Positions 25,272 to 37,420 of a DNA stretch of 64,000 nucleotides are shown piece after piece. The translations under genes and the position numbers were made by a program. The stretch spans positions 155,062,984 to 155,126,983 of the forward strand of contig NC_068983.1 of assembly GCF_001194135.2 (NCBI RefSeq), in the 5' to 3' direction. The notes below the pieces were generated by a model, which was not told the DNA's origin, ran no database searches, and worked only from the letters and a program-made list of their open reading frames with translations. The DNA comes from Octopus bimaculoides (lineage: Eukaryota). The first letter of the stretch is position 1. Each line of letters begins with the position of its first letter.

Positions 25272-26579
25272 CATATATATATATATGTATGTATATAGGC
25301 TTAAAGCTTATGGTGATCACTGTGTATTGACTAAGGAAAATAGTTTAATAAAGGGGCATATAAGCTCTTGACAGAAAAAAGAAGGCTTATTTGTCCCTTT
25401 ATTAGACTACTTTCTTTAGTCATTGCATGGTGATTGCCATAAAATTTAAGCTTGTATCAAAATACCTTTAATATTATTTACAGGATTGTAAAATACGGTG
25501 CCATATATAAAACCATTCACACCAAAAGTATATATATATATAATGTGTGTATGTGTAGGTCTTCAGTCTGGCTTCAAATTAATAGTGAAGCTATATTCAT
25601 ATAATGATTTGCCATATCTTATATATTTGCTGAGAATGCTTGAACATTTGGTGAGGCAGGGGGAACAAAAGGGCTTATTGCAAGCAATTTCTTGATTTTT
25701 GTTTAGAATAAATATGAAACTTTCTTCCTATATAATAAATGAAATATTATTATAATTTTTATGTTCATTATTATTTTTTTTTTTATTGGAGCTTTCTTAA
25801 CTTTTCTCTTAATCTACCCTCCCCTTCTACTACTTTTCCTTCTTTTGATATCAAAACTTAAAACATCCTGTACTTACTGAGTATATTATATATGCTAGTG
25901 TTTTTTTTTTTTGTTTTTTTTTCCTTTGGTTTTTCTATTTTCTATGGGTACAGATTGGTTGGCACAAGTGTTGAGTGGTTCCAGGTTTTTGGTTGCAAAG
26001 TTAATTAGGAAACAAGTTAACAAGTTCTTCGAAATATCTGATTACCAGTTAAAAGCCTTAAAAGAAATAAATGAAAGACCAAAAGAGAAGGGAGAGAGAG
26101 TTGAAGAAAAATTATTAAAAAAAAAAATCCAAACTTACAAATCTACTAAGCTGCAATAAAACCAAATCTATGGAATTAGTCGCAGTTTGTTTCTACTTTA
26201 CAAATTTGTTATTATTATTATTGTTAGTAGTAGTAGCAGCAGTAGTAGTAGTGACAGTGGTGGACAATAGTCGTAGTAGTGTGTCGTAGAGTGGCAGGAG
26301 AGGTAGAGTGCCAGAAAGCGATATGCCTTGCTGTATTCACTTACATCCATTTCATGTTCTGAGTATTAAGTCTAGTGGTGTTGACTTTTCCTTTCTTCTC
26401 CCTCAACTTTCACGTAAATAAATACCAATTGTATATTACGGGTCAATTCAATGAACTTTTATATTACTTTGCTATATTTTCTTGCCATGTTACTAAGCTA
26501 GAAATCATTGGATTGGCAATGTAATCGACTAGCCCAATCTCCTTGAAATTCCTGGCCTTATGCCTAAATCAGAATATTA

Positions 26580-26706
26580 TTATTATTATTGTTCAGTAGT
26601 TTTATTTTTATAACGTGCTTTCACTTCACTACCGAGCGCAGCTCTGTGCGCCTTGGGTATGTGCTGTGGTTTGCTGTGGTGCTCTTATGTTTACCGTATT
26701 GAAAGT
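26580..26706 (-). mobile_element. Probable 3' end of an R4/Dong-like retroposon embedded in (TAA)n
   Basis: Non-repetitive 120-nt segment flanked on both sides by (TTA)n; minus strand ends ...AAAATAAAACTACTGAACAATAATAATAAT. Clade assignment is inference. Confidence 0.45.
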
Positions 26707-26707
26707 T

Positions 26708-26738
<31 letters not shown>

Positions 26739-26869
26739 CTATTATTATTATTGATCAGATTGGAGCCTGGTGCAGCCTGCTGGCTTGCCAGTCCTCAGTC
26801 AAATTGTCCAACCCATGCTAGCATGGAAAGCGGACGTTAAATGATAATGATGATGTTGATTATATGAAA

Positions 26870-27454
26870 TGCAAACTCACAGCTTAATTTGCTGAGTACA
26901 ATCAAAATTTCAGCTGTCCACAGCCAGCAGACTAAGGTGACACTTGTTTACTGGTCATGCTTCAAGAACCTTGCAAAGAATTCTTGCAGTTCCAATCAAT
27001 GCTGTTTATTGTAGGTGTCCTACCATCACACTTGCACCGATTTTTTTTTCAGCCATGTTGGTATTTGAGTGCTGACCCTTCCAAGTGCACTAATTACTAC
27101 TGGTATCATATCTTCTCTCGTCATTGACCACAACCTTCTTATTTCCCATTTCAAATCGTCATAGTTGTTTATTTTTTCCTTCTTCTTTCATATTGATCTT
27201 GTCACCGGGGCCTGCTATGTCGATTGTCATACATGTTCTTTTCTTTTTTATTCACAACAATGTCTGGTTTCCGATGTCTGGTCAGGTGATCACACTGCAT
27301 CCCACTGGATTTTGCTATTCTCATTTTCAGTTACTCGTTCTGGAGTTTGCTCATACCATGTCTTTGCTCTTTGTAGGCCATGATTTCCACAGAGCTCCCA
27401 ATAGACCATTCTTGCCACATTGTCATGGCATCTTTTGTATTTGTGTTGTGCCAT
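26870..27454 (-). mobile_element. R4/Dong-clade non-LTR retrotransposon, RLE domain and 3' UTR (pseudogenised)
   Basis: Minus strand, piecewise: YKRCHDNVARMVYWELC...WYEQTPERVTENENSKIQWD...RKPDIVV...IDIAGPGD...KINNYDDLKWEIRRLW...IPVVISALG...LQ*TALIGTARILCKVLEA*; RHD-like and PD motifs of the restriction-like endonuclease. Confidence 0.85.
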
Positions 27455-28516
27455 ATTATTATTATTAATCTTAATGATGGCAAGCTAACAGAATCATTAA
27501 TATACTGAGCCAAATGCTTAGCAGCATTCCCCCCACCGCCATCACTTGACAACTGATGTAACTTTGCAGTTCGGTGGAAGAGCCTGATAAAAAAAAGTAC
27601 TAGGCTTACAAAGAATAAGTCCCAGGATCTATTTCTTCAACTAAAACCGTTTTAGGCAATGCTCCCAACTCGGCCACAGTTAAATGACTGAAACAATAAA
27701 AAGAAAAGGAAGAAATGAAATATAGTTATGGCTCTTTATGTTGTGAGTTCAAATTCTGTCAAAGCCACCTTTGCATTTCATCCGTTTGGTTGTGTGAATT
27801 AGCTCCAAGAACCTGATAAAAATGCTGAAAATAGGTTTCAGTAAAATGAGATGAAATTGTTGCAGAAATTATAAGCTCCACAAATCTTATATATAGCTAA
27901 CAAATTACTCCACGCAAGTTCACTGAAACTCAAGGATGTTCACTATCAAAATATGAGAACTTAGTTTGGTGAGGAGGGTCATGGCACAAAGGTTATTAAG
28001 GCCAAAGGCTGCTCTGATCCTGGACTGTGACTTCTTGTTACTCTGTGGGTGGGTTGACCTTATTTGCATCATGTAACTAAATTTTTAGCTCATTTTCATG
28101 CATTGAATTCATATATTCTCACGGCTTGTAATCTCATTTCTTTGACTTATTCTCTATCTTATCTCTGAGCCCTTGTGGCCAATAAGTAAGGATTGTTATT
28201 ATTAAGATATGTCTACATGACTTGTTTATTTAAAGATTAGTTGAAAAGTTAAAACTTCCTGTAATTTTTGAATGTCTGTGGGCGTTCTAAAAGCATTCAG
28301 GCTTGTTGGTTTGAAAAGTTAACAAATAAAGAATTTGGTTTGCTTTGCTGCCATTTGTTGTTCTATGAATGTGATTATACATTACCAGTTTGCCTAAATG
28401 TTGCAGGCTATTGGTGGTTTATCTAGAGGGTAGGGAAGAACTTGTTACCACTTAGTATAGACTGGATCACATCCAGGGATAAATTAGGAGCCTGTATGTG
28501 ATTGCAGTAGGTAGAT

Positions 28517-29077
28517 CAGTGGTTCTCAACCAGGGTCCATATGTCCCTTGTGGATATATATATAATGTTTGGGGGTCCACACAACAAAATATTAAATTGG
28601 GGGTCCACAATAGTATCTTAAGCCTCCCTGAAAAAGAATTTGGTTTAGATGTATGTATTGGTATTTATCACAAGAAACAGCAAGGTTTCTCTCTCTCTAA
28701 CATTTTACATAGTTCAACCTACACAAGTTTATGTAAGAAAGACAAAATAAGAATTTTGAAAGAAGTTTCTATTAAACTAGTTTTTTAACCCTTTCATTAC
28801 CAACCTGGCTAAGTATAAATGTCTTGTTTTCATAAGTTTTGAATTAAAATCTTCCACCAAACCTTAGTCACAGTTTATGTTCCTAACACTAGCTTAATGA
28901 TAACCAAGTTATTTTACTAATTTTTTTGTTATATTTAAAGTAATTGAAAGAAACACAGAGCATCTCAAAATAAATACAGTAACGAAAGGTTCAAACATTG
29001 AATGGCTATGGGGCTCCACCAGCTTAAAATAGTTATCAAAGGGATCCATAGATAAAAAAAATGATTGAGAACCCTTG
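28517..29077. mobile_element. hAT (Charlie-like) MITE carrying a nested insertion
   Basis: TIRs CAGTGGTTCTCAACC / GATTGAGAACCCTTG; 8-bp TSD AGGTAGAT / AGGCAGAT (1 mismatch). Confidence 0.8.
28785..28994. mobile_element. piggyBac-like MITE nested in the hAT MITE
   Basis: Termini TTAA-CCCTTTCATTAC ... GTAACGAAAGGT-TCAA; related sequence at 9255-9410. Confidence 0.75.
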
Positions 29078-31569
29078 AGGCAGATGGTAGATATAACAGT
29101 CAAATCTCTTACAAATAATCCTGATATATACTGTGTCAGAATATAAGCAATGACAAAGTCAAGAATGGCTTGTGGTGCAAGGTAGCTTCATTGAACTTGA
29201 CGCCAGGAAGTACAAAATGAAGCCAGTACCCTCTGTTAAGTCATGGAGATTGAGCAGAGGTAATGGTGATTCCTGTTTTGTTTTTGACATGACATTTAAT
29301 GCTAATGTCACCTAGTACACCTAGACAAATTCTTCAGTACTTGTGTACCTAGTACACTTAGACAAACTCTTTAGTGCTAGTGCACCTCGTACACTCTTTG
29401 AAGTGGTTGCTGTGTGGAAGGACATTCAGCTGAGGAAAGTATGACAAAATATAAGAGTGTGGAATGTTCCGCTGATACTTCTAAGGAAAGTAGTAATTAC
29501 AAATTAAACGTGACTTGCTTCATTACGACATGCCCTGTCTGTGCCAGCATGGAAAATGGATATAAAATTGATGAGGATGGTGATCACAAAAATGATGGTG
29601 ATTGAGTGTGAGTGTGTGTGTGTGTGTGTGTGTGGGTGTGTGTGTGTGTGTATACTTGTTGCACATGTCTGGCACTCCCACGCTCATCAAACCTGTAATG
29701 GTTTACAAATTTGAACAAATTATCACCTTACATACAGAATTTTAAATTGTTTGTGAGCGAAGTATTTTGTTCCTCTTTTTTTTTATTTATTTTGTTTATT
29801 CCAACTTCTTGTGACAGGACTTGTATTATCCAAAGAGATTTATTTTTCAGATCAAATGAAAATCTAAAAATCATGTCTTTCATTTATTTTTTTTGTAATT
29901 TCGCCTTTGATTTTAATTTGCTTCTGCTTCTTCCAAATTTAAAAAGGTTATTGCGATATTAGAGATGCAAGTGATTAAATATTGAGGTTGTCTTCATTTA
30001 AAAATTGTTTTTAGTCGACCGAATTAATTTGCCTTACTCAAATACATTAAGGCATTATCAGGGGATTTTGAACAGAGTGTCTGTTTTATTGCAGAATTAA
30101 AAAAAAAAAAATGAATAATTAAAAGAGAAAAAGAAAATTCTTGTTAGCATGAAAGAAATTGCATTTTTAATATTTTCCTTCAGTTTTAATCAAAGGTTCG
30201 CAGTTGTGTGCGGCTTGCCATTTCATTTTTCTTATTTGTAACTTTCCAAACTGTTGCATACCGTTTTCTTCTGTCAGCACGACATATGAGAAACCAAATT
30301 AATGGACAAGCACAGATATTTATATGATGTATGTGTGTATTAGTTTATTTACTGGGACCCTACCTATTATATTCTGGGACACTACTTTTAATCATGTTAA
30401 CCCCAGTGCTTATCTTAGTGATCTCTATTTGCCAAAGTGTTGCATTATAAGTACAGCATAAAAGAACCCTGGTCTTTAGACAGGTGTTGACATAGATATA
30501 GATACATGCACGTGAACACACACATACAAGCACACATGCAGGTGCGAACTTGCGAAAATGGTGTCATTTGTGCAAATTTCCATGGAAACATTTCCAACCA
30601 GACCTGTTCGTGTTCAGCTGACTTGAGGAAATATTACCTTGCTTGATAACCATGTGAAGCTTGGTGATAGGAAGAGCATCCAGCCACAGAAAATTTGCAT
30701 CATGGAATGTTGTCTGGTCCATGAAAACATGGAATAGTAGATGTTAAAACAGCTGCTTCACAGGCGGCGGTAGTGGTGGTGGTGGTGATGATAATACAGA
30801 AACTGGTGTTAAAAGACAGAAGTACCCAGTGTAAGTTTCAAGTCCAAACAGAAATGAAATCCATAAATAGGTGACTGTAGTCTTATAAATTATGCAGAAA
30901 GTATCTTAAATATTTAATTTGTAAATTAAAGTGCATTTAATGGTGTAAACGAATGAATGCATGCAAACGTGAATAAGTGACAAATGCCACTTATCCTCAT
31001 TCAGACGGTAAAGTGGTTTAAATATGGGACAGCATATAATAAATATTTATTAATGTACGTGTGTGCGTGTGCGTGCTTGCGCGCGCGCATGCGCGTGTGT
31101 GTGTGTGCGTGCGTGCATGTGTGTATCATCACTTTAACATCTTTTTTGGCATGTTTGAATGGATCAGATGATATTTATTGAGGTGAATTTCTTACAGCTG
31201 GATGCTCTTCCGGTCATCAACCCTCACTTGTTTCCGTGCGAGGATATATTTTCCCTTACTCAGGACATGCTTTCACAGAAGAATGCAAATAAGCACCACC
31301 ACTTGTATGACTAAAGTTTGTTTACAATTAGTGCATGATGTCAAGACTAACTGATTCACACACACACAAGCACGCACACACACATATACCTGATGTGTGT
31401 TGTGTATGATGGGCGTCTACCAAATTCATGCCCAGGGTTTTGTTTGGCCTTAGGCTATAGTAGAATACTAATACTCAAGGGACCAGAGTAGAACTGAACC
31501 TGAAATTCCTAGTTGTGAGACCAGCTTCTTAACCACTGGCAGACAGACATCAGTAATTAAAGTTGATAA

Positions 31570-32030
31570 TAAGGTAGCAAGCTGGCAGATCGTTACTGTG
31601 TCGGGAAAAAAATGCTTAGCGGCATTCTGTCTGTCTTAACGTACATTCTGAGTTCATATTCTACTGAGGTTGACTTTGCCTTTCATTCTTTTGGGGCCAA
31701 TAAAGCAAGTACCACTTGAGCACTGTGGTTGATGTAATCAACTTAATCCTTCCCCCAAAACTGCTGTCCTTGTGTGAAAATTTTAAACCCATAATTAAAG
31801 CTTGTAGTTAAACAATAGGGGAAGGTGGCAAACTGGCAGACTTGTTAGACAAAATGCTTAGCATCTTTTTTCCAACCCTTTATGATCTGGGTTCAAATTC
31901 TGCCAAGGTTAATGTTGCTTTCATCCTTTTGGGTTTGATAAAATATGTACCTACTGAATACTGGGACCAATGTAATCAGCTTATCCCCACCCTTAATATT
32001 GCTGGCTTGTTCCACAATTTGAAACCATAA
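31570..32030 (+). mobile_element. Two tandem family C SINE copies, diverged
   Basis: Each has AGCTGGCAGA/AACTGGCAGA...AAATGCTTAGC...TTCTGAGTTCA/TCTGGGTTCA...GCYTTTCAT.CTTTTGGG...GTACC. Confidence 0.7.
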
Positions 32031-32077
32031 TTGAATGAAGAAAGTGAGGAAGCATTTAAGAGAAAGTTAGAAAAAGA

Positions 32078-32398
32078 TAAAGATTATTTGCCAACATAAT
32101 GTGGCAGTCCTGATTGGGACAAATGTTACTGTTGTTTATCCCCAGGAAACATTGTCTCCAGCTGGCTATATGACACACTATCTGTGTCCTTATATATTTT
32201 CGAAGAGGGGAGTTTAGCATCCCCGCCCAGTACAAAGCAATATCTATGGACTACAATTTCTGGGTTATTTCTCTTCCTCGGCACAGAATAACTGGTCGGC
32301 TGGGGTGGTGCTGCTAAATCTCTGTTTGAAAATATATAGTTTTCAAAGTGACACACACAGTCACTGATCTAATCAATTATGTTGGCAAATAATCTTTA
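32078..32398. mobile_element. Foldback-type MITE with perfect 23-bp TIRs and an internal inverted repeat
   Basis: TAAAGATTATTTGCCAACATAAT (32078-32100) and its exact reverse complement (32376-32398); inner imperfect IR at about 32190-32230 / 32300-32338. Confidence 0.8.
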
Positions 32399-33289
32399 CT
32401 TTTTAAGGCACTGTTACTGAATGTCTCTTGTTGAGAGATTTAGAAATATAATGTTTCTGTTTAGGAAGAGATGTTATTGATAAAATTTTGGTTGCAGATG
32501 GAGGAAATAACAGAAACACAAGACAGCACTCTATGTGAGAAATTGAATAAGAAATTCAGAAAGGTGTTAATAATTATGATAAAGAATGCAAAATTTTACT
32601 CTGTGTGTGTGTATGTGGGAGGTATAAAAGTTGTAAGTTCTAGAAAATGATAGGTTATTAAATAGCTTAATAATTGAATTAAATAAATTATGATGAAATA
32701 ATTAAAATATTAAGGAATCAAATTAAAAAGTTAAATGTTTTTGAGTTGAAAAATTTGAAAACTTAAGAAATTAAATGAAGTTAAAATTTTTTTTTTTAAA
32801 TATCAAGAAAATATGGAAAGTAAGTAATATTATATTAGGTAGATGAAATCAGAAGTAGGGATTTTGGGTAAAGTAAAGAAGTATAAATGAAAAAATAGGA
32901 TATTTAGATTGTAAGAGTTAAAAAGGTGGAGGATTATGAAGGAAAGTGAATATATTGGAGGAATTAAGGAACAGGGCTTAAAAAATAGTTATAGAAATTC
33001 CTGAAAGTGGTATTAAGGTCTTATTAAAAACGGATTTGAGTTAAGATAATGGTATTAGTCATGAGCTGAAGCATGGAAAGTAAGAGAGCAAACAGAATAA
33101 ACAAAATTAGGTTGGCATTTACAATAAAAATGTATATTATAGTCTGAAATTAATTAGAAAAGTAAATCAAGTCAGAGGTTTGTAACAGTGAAATAAATTA
33201 GGGAACCCTAACCACTTGCCCACAGACCAATATTGAGTCATGGATCATTAGGTACTGAGCTGCACAGAAAGACTAAATTTTAGAATTTT

Positions 33290-33625
33290 ATTTCTCGATG
33301 TGACTGTGTTGTAAGAAGCTTCCTTTTCAACCACACGGTTCCGGGTTCAGTCTCACTGTGTGGCACTATGGGCAAGTGTGTTCTATTATAGCCTTGGGCC
33401 AACTAAAGCCTTGTAAGCAGATTTCATAGACGGAAACTGAATGAAGCCCATCGTATGTCTGTGTGTGTGTTTATGTCCCTGTAACTTAGCTGTTTGGCAA
33501 AAGAGACCAATAGTATAAGTACTAGGCTTCAAAAAACAATAAATCTAAGGGATCAGTTTCTTTGACTAAAACTGTTCAAGGCAGTGCCCCAGCATGGCCA
33601 CAGTAAAATTACTGAAACAAGTAGA
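33290..33625 (+). mobile_element. tRNA-derived SINE (family B)
   Basis: CCACACGGTTCCGGGTTCAGTCTCACTG...GGGCAAGTG...GACGGAAACTGAATGAAGCCC...CCAGCATGGCCACAGT. Confidence 0.75.
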
Positions 33626-33689
33626 ATTTTATTGATTATTGCAGTCTGCAGAGTGTTTTTGCTTTATATATATATATATATATAAATAA

Positions 33690-33724
<35 letters not shown>

Positions 33725-33756
33725 AAACAATAAGCAACACGGATTTCAAAAGTGAT

Positions 33757-33845
33757 TGCAGTACGCACGTTTCATGCTACTTCAATTTATTTAAGTAATG
33801 TGAGCATTACCTTAAATGCAATATGAAGAGCAATCTTCAGCTGCA
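33757..33845 (-). ncRNA. Type I hammerhead ribozyme-like motif with long stem II
   Basis: Minus strand TGCAG CTGAAGA T TGCTCTTCA...TTTAAGGTAATG CTCA CATTACTTAAA...TGAAGTAGCA T GAAA CG TG CG TA CTGCA; all invariant core nucleotides present, GUA cleavage triplet, U.U at the base of stem II. Confidence 0.6.
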
Positions 33846-33937
33846 CGAAAAAATGTAGAAAAAGAGACATATTACAAATGTGGCAACATATTAAAACCAA
33901 GTGGGAGAGAGCAGAGGAAGAATATATAAGTCCATCT

Positions 33938-33980
33938 TGACATAGCAGGGTCTATCAGCCTGATAGACCCTGCTACGTCA
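33938..33980. other. Near-perfect 20-bp hairpin abutting a gap
   Basis: TGACATAGCAGGGTCTATCA GCC TGATAGACCCTGCTACGTCA; one mismatch. Confidence 0.8.
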
Positions 33981-34355
33981 NNNNNNNNNNNNNNNNNNNN
34001 NNNNNNNNNNNNNNNNNNNNNNNNNNNNNNNNNNNNNNNNNNNNNNNNNNNNNNNNNNNNNNNNNNNNNNNNNNNNNNNNNNNNNNNNNNNNNNNNNNNN
34101 NNNNNNNNNNNNNNNNNNNNNNNNNNNNNNNNNNNNNNNNNNNNNNNNNNNNNNNNNNNNNNNNNNNNNNNNNNNNNNNNNNNNNNNNNNNNNNNNNNNN
34201 NNNNNNNNNNNNNNNNNNNNNNNNNNNNNNNNNNNNNNNNNNNNNNNNNNNNNNNNNNNNNNNNNNNNNNNNNNNNNNNNNNNNNNNNNNNNNNNNNNNN
34301 NNNNNNNNNNNNNNNNNNNNNNNNNNNNNNNNNNNNNNNNNNNNNNNNNNNNNNN

Positions 34356-34400
<45 letters not shown>

Positions 34401-35309
34401 ATATGAAACATACAGGTGCCAGTGTGGCTGGGTGGTAAGAAGTTTGCTTCCCAACCACGAAGTTCTGGGTCGATTCCCACTTCGTGGCACCTTAGGCAAG
34501 TGTCTTCTACTACTGATGCCCTTCTTTCACCAACGCTCACCTGCTTCCAAGTAATATTTCTGCATGACCAGATATGAAGGACACTGCTTGCATGACAGTG
34601 ACATCCATTTACATCTGTCGTAAGGCATGAATTAAATCCTATAAGATTTGGGATGTGTTTTGAGAAGGATTTGTTTTATTTCTAGCAGTTTTGGTGAGTG
34701 TGTAGTGTTCCCTTGTTGTCTTGTACAAATGTTATTGGGGTCATTGGTGGTGATGTTTTGTAGCATATCATTTCTAACAGAGTAGACTATTACCAATGAT
34801 ATTTTTCTGATGTTACATTTGACTACATCAGACAAGATAACCCTTTTTTTTTTTTTTTTTTTTTTTTTTATGTGCTTTCTAAACAAACCTGAGGAATTTG
34901 GTGGCAATTGAGCTGCTATTTCTAGTAGGCTGAATGTGGATTATGGGCATGGTCTTGATGAGGCTGCAATTGTTAATAACACTGGAGTGGTGTTTCTCAC
35001 AACAAAGGTGAAAGCAACTATTGATAAATTGATTTTGCTCCTATTGTTCAGCTGAATTGCGACTAAAGGGCATTACAACCATGGCCATCCCATTTATTGT
35101 GTTCTTCACACAGAATATTTAGGATAACATTAAACTATGTATTGCTCTTTTTAACATAGTACAATGTGATTTGAAGGAGATTATGTTGTTAATTCTATGA
35201 AGTCGATGTGCTGTTAGTGGAGTTGTTAGTCGTGGCTATTTCGGCAATAATAATAATAATAATAATTAAGATGTGTTGCACAACAGTGTATGTGTGAACC
35301 CTTCAGTGT

Positions 35310-35693
35310 GGAGGCACAATGGCCCAGTGGTTAGGGCAGCAGACTCGCGGTCATAGGATCGCAGTTTCGATTCCCAGACCGGGCGTTGTGAGTGTTTATT
35401 GAGCGAAAACACCTAAAAGCTCCACGAGGCTCCAGCAGAGGGTGGTGGCGAACCCTGCTGTACTCTTTCACCACAACTTTCTCTCACTCTTTCTTCCTGT
35501 TTCTGTTGTGCCTGTAATTCAAAGGGCCAGCCTTGTCACACTGTTTCATGCTGAATATCCCCGAGAACTACGTTAAGGGTACATGTGTCTGTGGAGTGCT
35601 CAGCCACTTGCACGTTAATTCCACGAGCAGGCTGTTCCGTTGATTGGATCAACTGGAACCCTCGACGTTGTAAGCGACGGAGTGCCAACAAGC
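35310..35693 (+). mobile_element. tRNA-derived SINE (family D), full length
   Basis: A box TGGCCCAGTGG, anticodon-like arm GACTCGCGGTC, B box TTTCGATTCCC, body, then the tail CGACGGAGTGCCAACAA; second copy at 62520. Confidence 0.85.
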
Positions 35694-36398
35694 AACTCTT
35701 CAGTATTCAGGTTACTCTGTCAAATGTTAGGCATATTTATTCACATTTCTTTGAAGAAATCCTGCATTATCTCATAGCTTTGAGATTTTGACGATATGAT
35801 TGCTTAGTTTTAGGACGGCATTGTTGGGTAGGTGTGAGAGGTCAGATCTGGTAAGTTTTTATCATAAGAGAAGTCGAATATTTGAGCCAGATCAGACCAG
35901 TTTAAATGCTAAATTGTTGGTAACACCATCATAATGGTTTTAAAATCCTCTTTTCCATACATGCATGGGTCAGCTGAAATTTGTTGAGGTAAATTTTTTG
36001 TGGCCAAGATACCCTTCCTATTTACAGCACTAATCCATTTCCAAGCAAGCTAATATTTATCCATCATGTTTTTCATGGGATATTGAATGTTTCCAGACAT
36101 CATGTGATGTCTAGAGTGAGAGTGACCAGAGGAAATGCATACATACATACATACATACATACATACATAATCAATATATGATTTCTGATTTGGTGCCAAC
36201 ATAGCCATCTATTTATGAGTTAACTTAAGTCAGGTATATATATATATGTGTGTGTGTGTGTGTGCACGCATGTGTGTGTGTATGAATTAGGAATTATCTC
36301 TTTGTCTTTGTAAGTATCTCTACCTATCTATATCTGCATATCTACCTGACTATCTCTCTCTCTCTCTCTCTATCTCTGTCTATCTATCTATCTATCTG

Positions 36399-36438
<40 letters not shown>

Positions 36439-36464
36439 GTCATTGCTTCTGTTACTCTTTGTAA

Positions 36465-36499
<35 letters not shown>

Positions 36500-37089
36500 G
36501 AAACAGATCTCAGGATATTGAACCTCATGAAGTAGGTGTTAAGTGTTTGCAATAAAGTTGTGAGATGTGTTGGAGAAGACCCATCCAACCCACGCAGGCA
36601 CAGAAAGACAATATTACAATAATTCACTTACACAGATATATATGTATGCATGCACACATACACATATATAGGCACATGCACACTTACATACACAGGATTC
36701 TAAATGCATGTGCACACACACACACACACACACTCATGCGCATCTGCCTACTTTGACCCCCCCCCTCTATTCTTTTTATTTTACATTTTCCCCTCCATTC
36801 TTTTTCAATAACCTTCCATCTCACTTTTTCTCTAATTTGCTTCTTTTTCTTTTCTCCTCTCTCTTTCTTTCTCTCTCTCTCTCTCTCTCTCTCTTCTATC
36901 TCATTCTTGTCCTTCTGTGTGTCCCTCCATATTTTTCTTACATTCCTCTTTGTACTCTTCTTTCTATCTCTATTTCTCTCTATGTACCTATCTTCCTATC
37001 TCTATTTCTTCTGGTCTCCCATTCTCTTTTCATCTCTGACCTCACTTCCTTTGTTCCTCTTTCTCTCACACACAGTCGCTTGCTTTCAG

Positions 37090-37420
37090 TATGCCTCTCT
37101 CTCTCTCTGTCTCTCTCTGTCTCTCTCTCTCTGTCTCTCTCTCTCTCTGTCTCTGTCTCTCTGTCTCTGTCTCTCTGTCTCTGTCTCTGTCTCTCTCTGT
37201 CTCTCTCTGTCTCTGTCTCTCTCTGTCTCACTCTCTCTGTGTCTCTCTCTGTCTCCCTCTCTCTCTGTCTCTCTCTCTCTCTCTGTCTCACTCTGTCTCT
37301 GTCTATCTCTCTGTCTCACTCTGTCTCTGTCTCTGTCTCTCTCTGTCTCTGTTTCTGTCTGTCTCTCTCTCTCTCTGTCTCTGTCTCTCTCCATCTCAGT
37401 CTCTCTCCGTCTCTCTCTCT
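37090..37420. repeat. Compound (CT)/(CTGT) microsatellite
   Basis: Seen directly; source of the SL/ER-rich ORFs at 36708-37574. Confidence 0.95.

Noticed and set aside
32640-33180. NUMT assignment
   Set aside because: Neither strand gave a recognisable mitochondrial protein or rRNA motif by eye; kept as an unexplained skewed segment.
35310-35385. Functional tRNA genes here and at 54641, 57529 and 39223
   Set aside because: A/B boxes are present but there is no full cloverleaf, and each runs into a SINE or PLE body.
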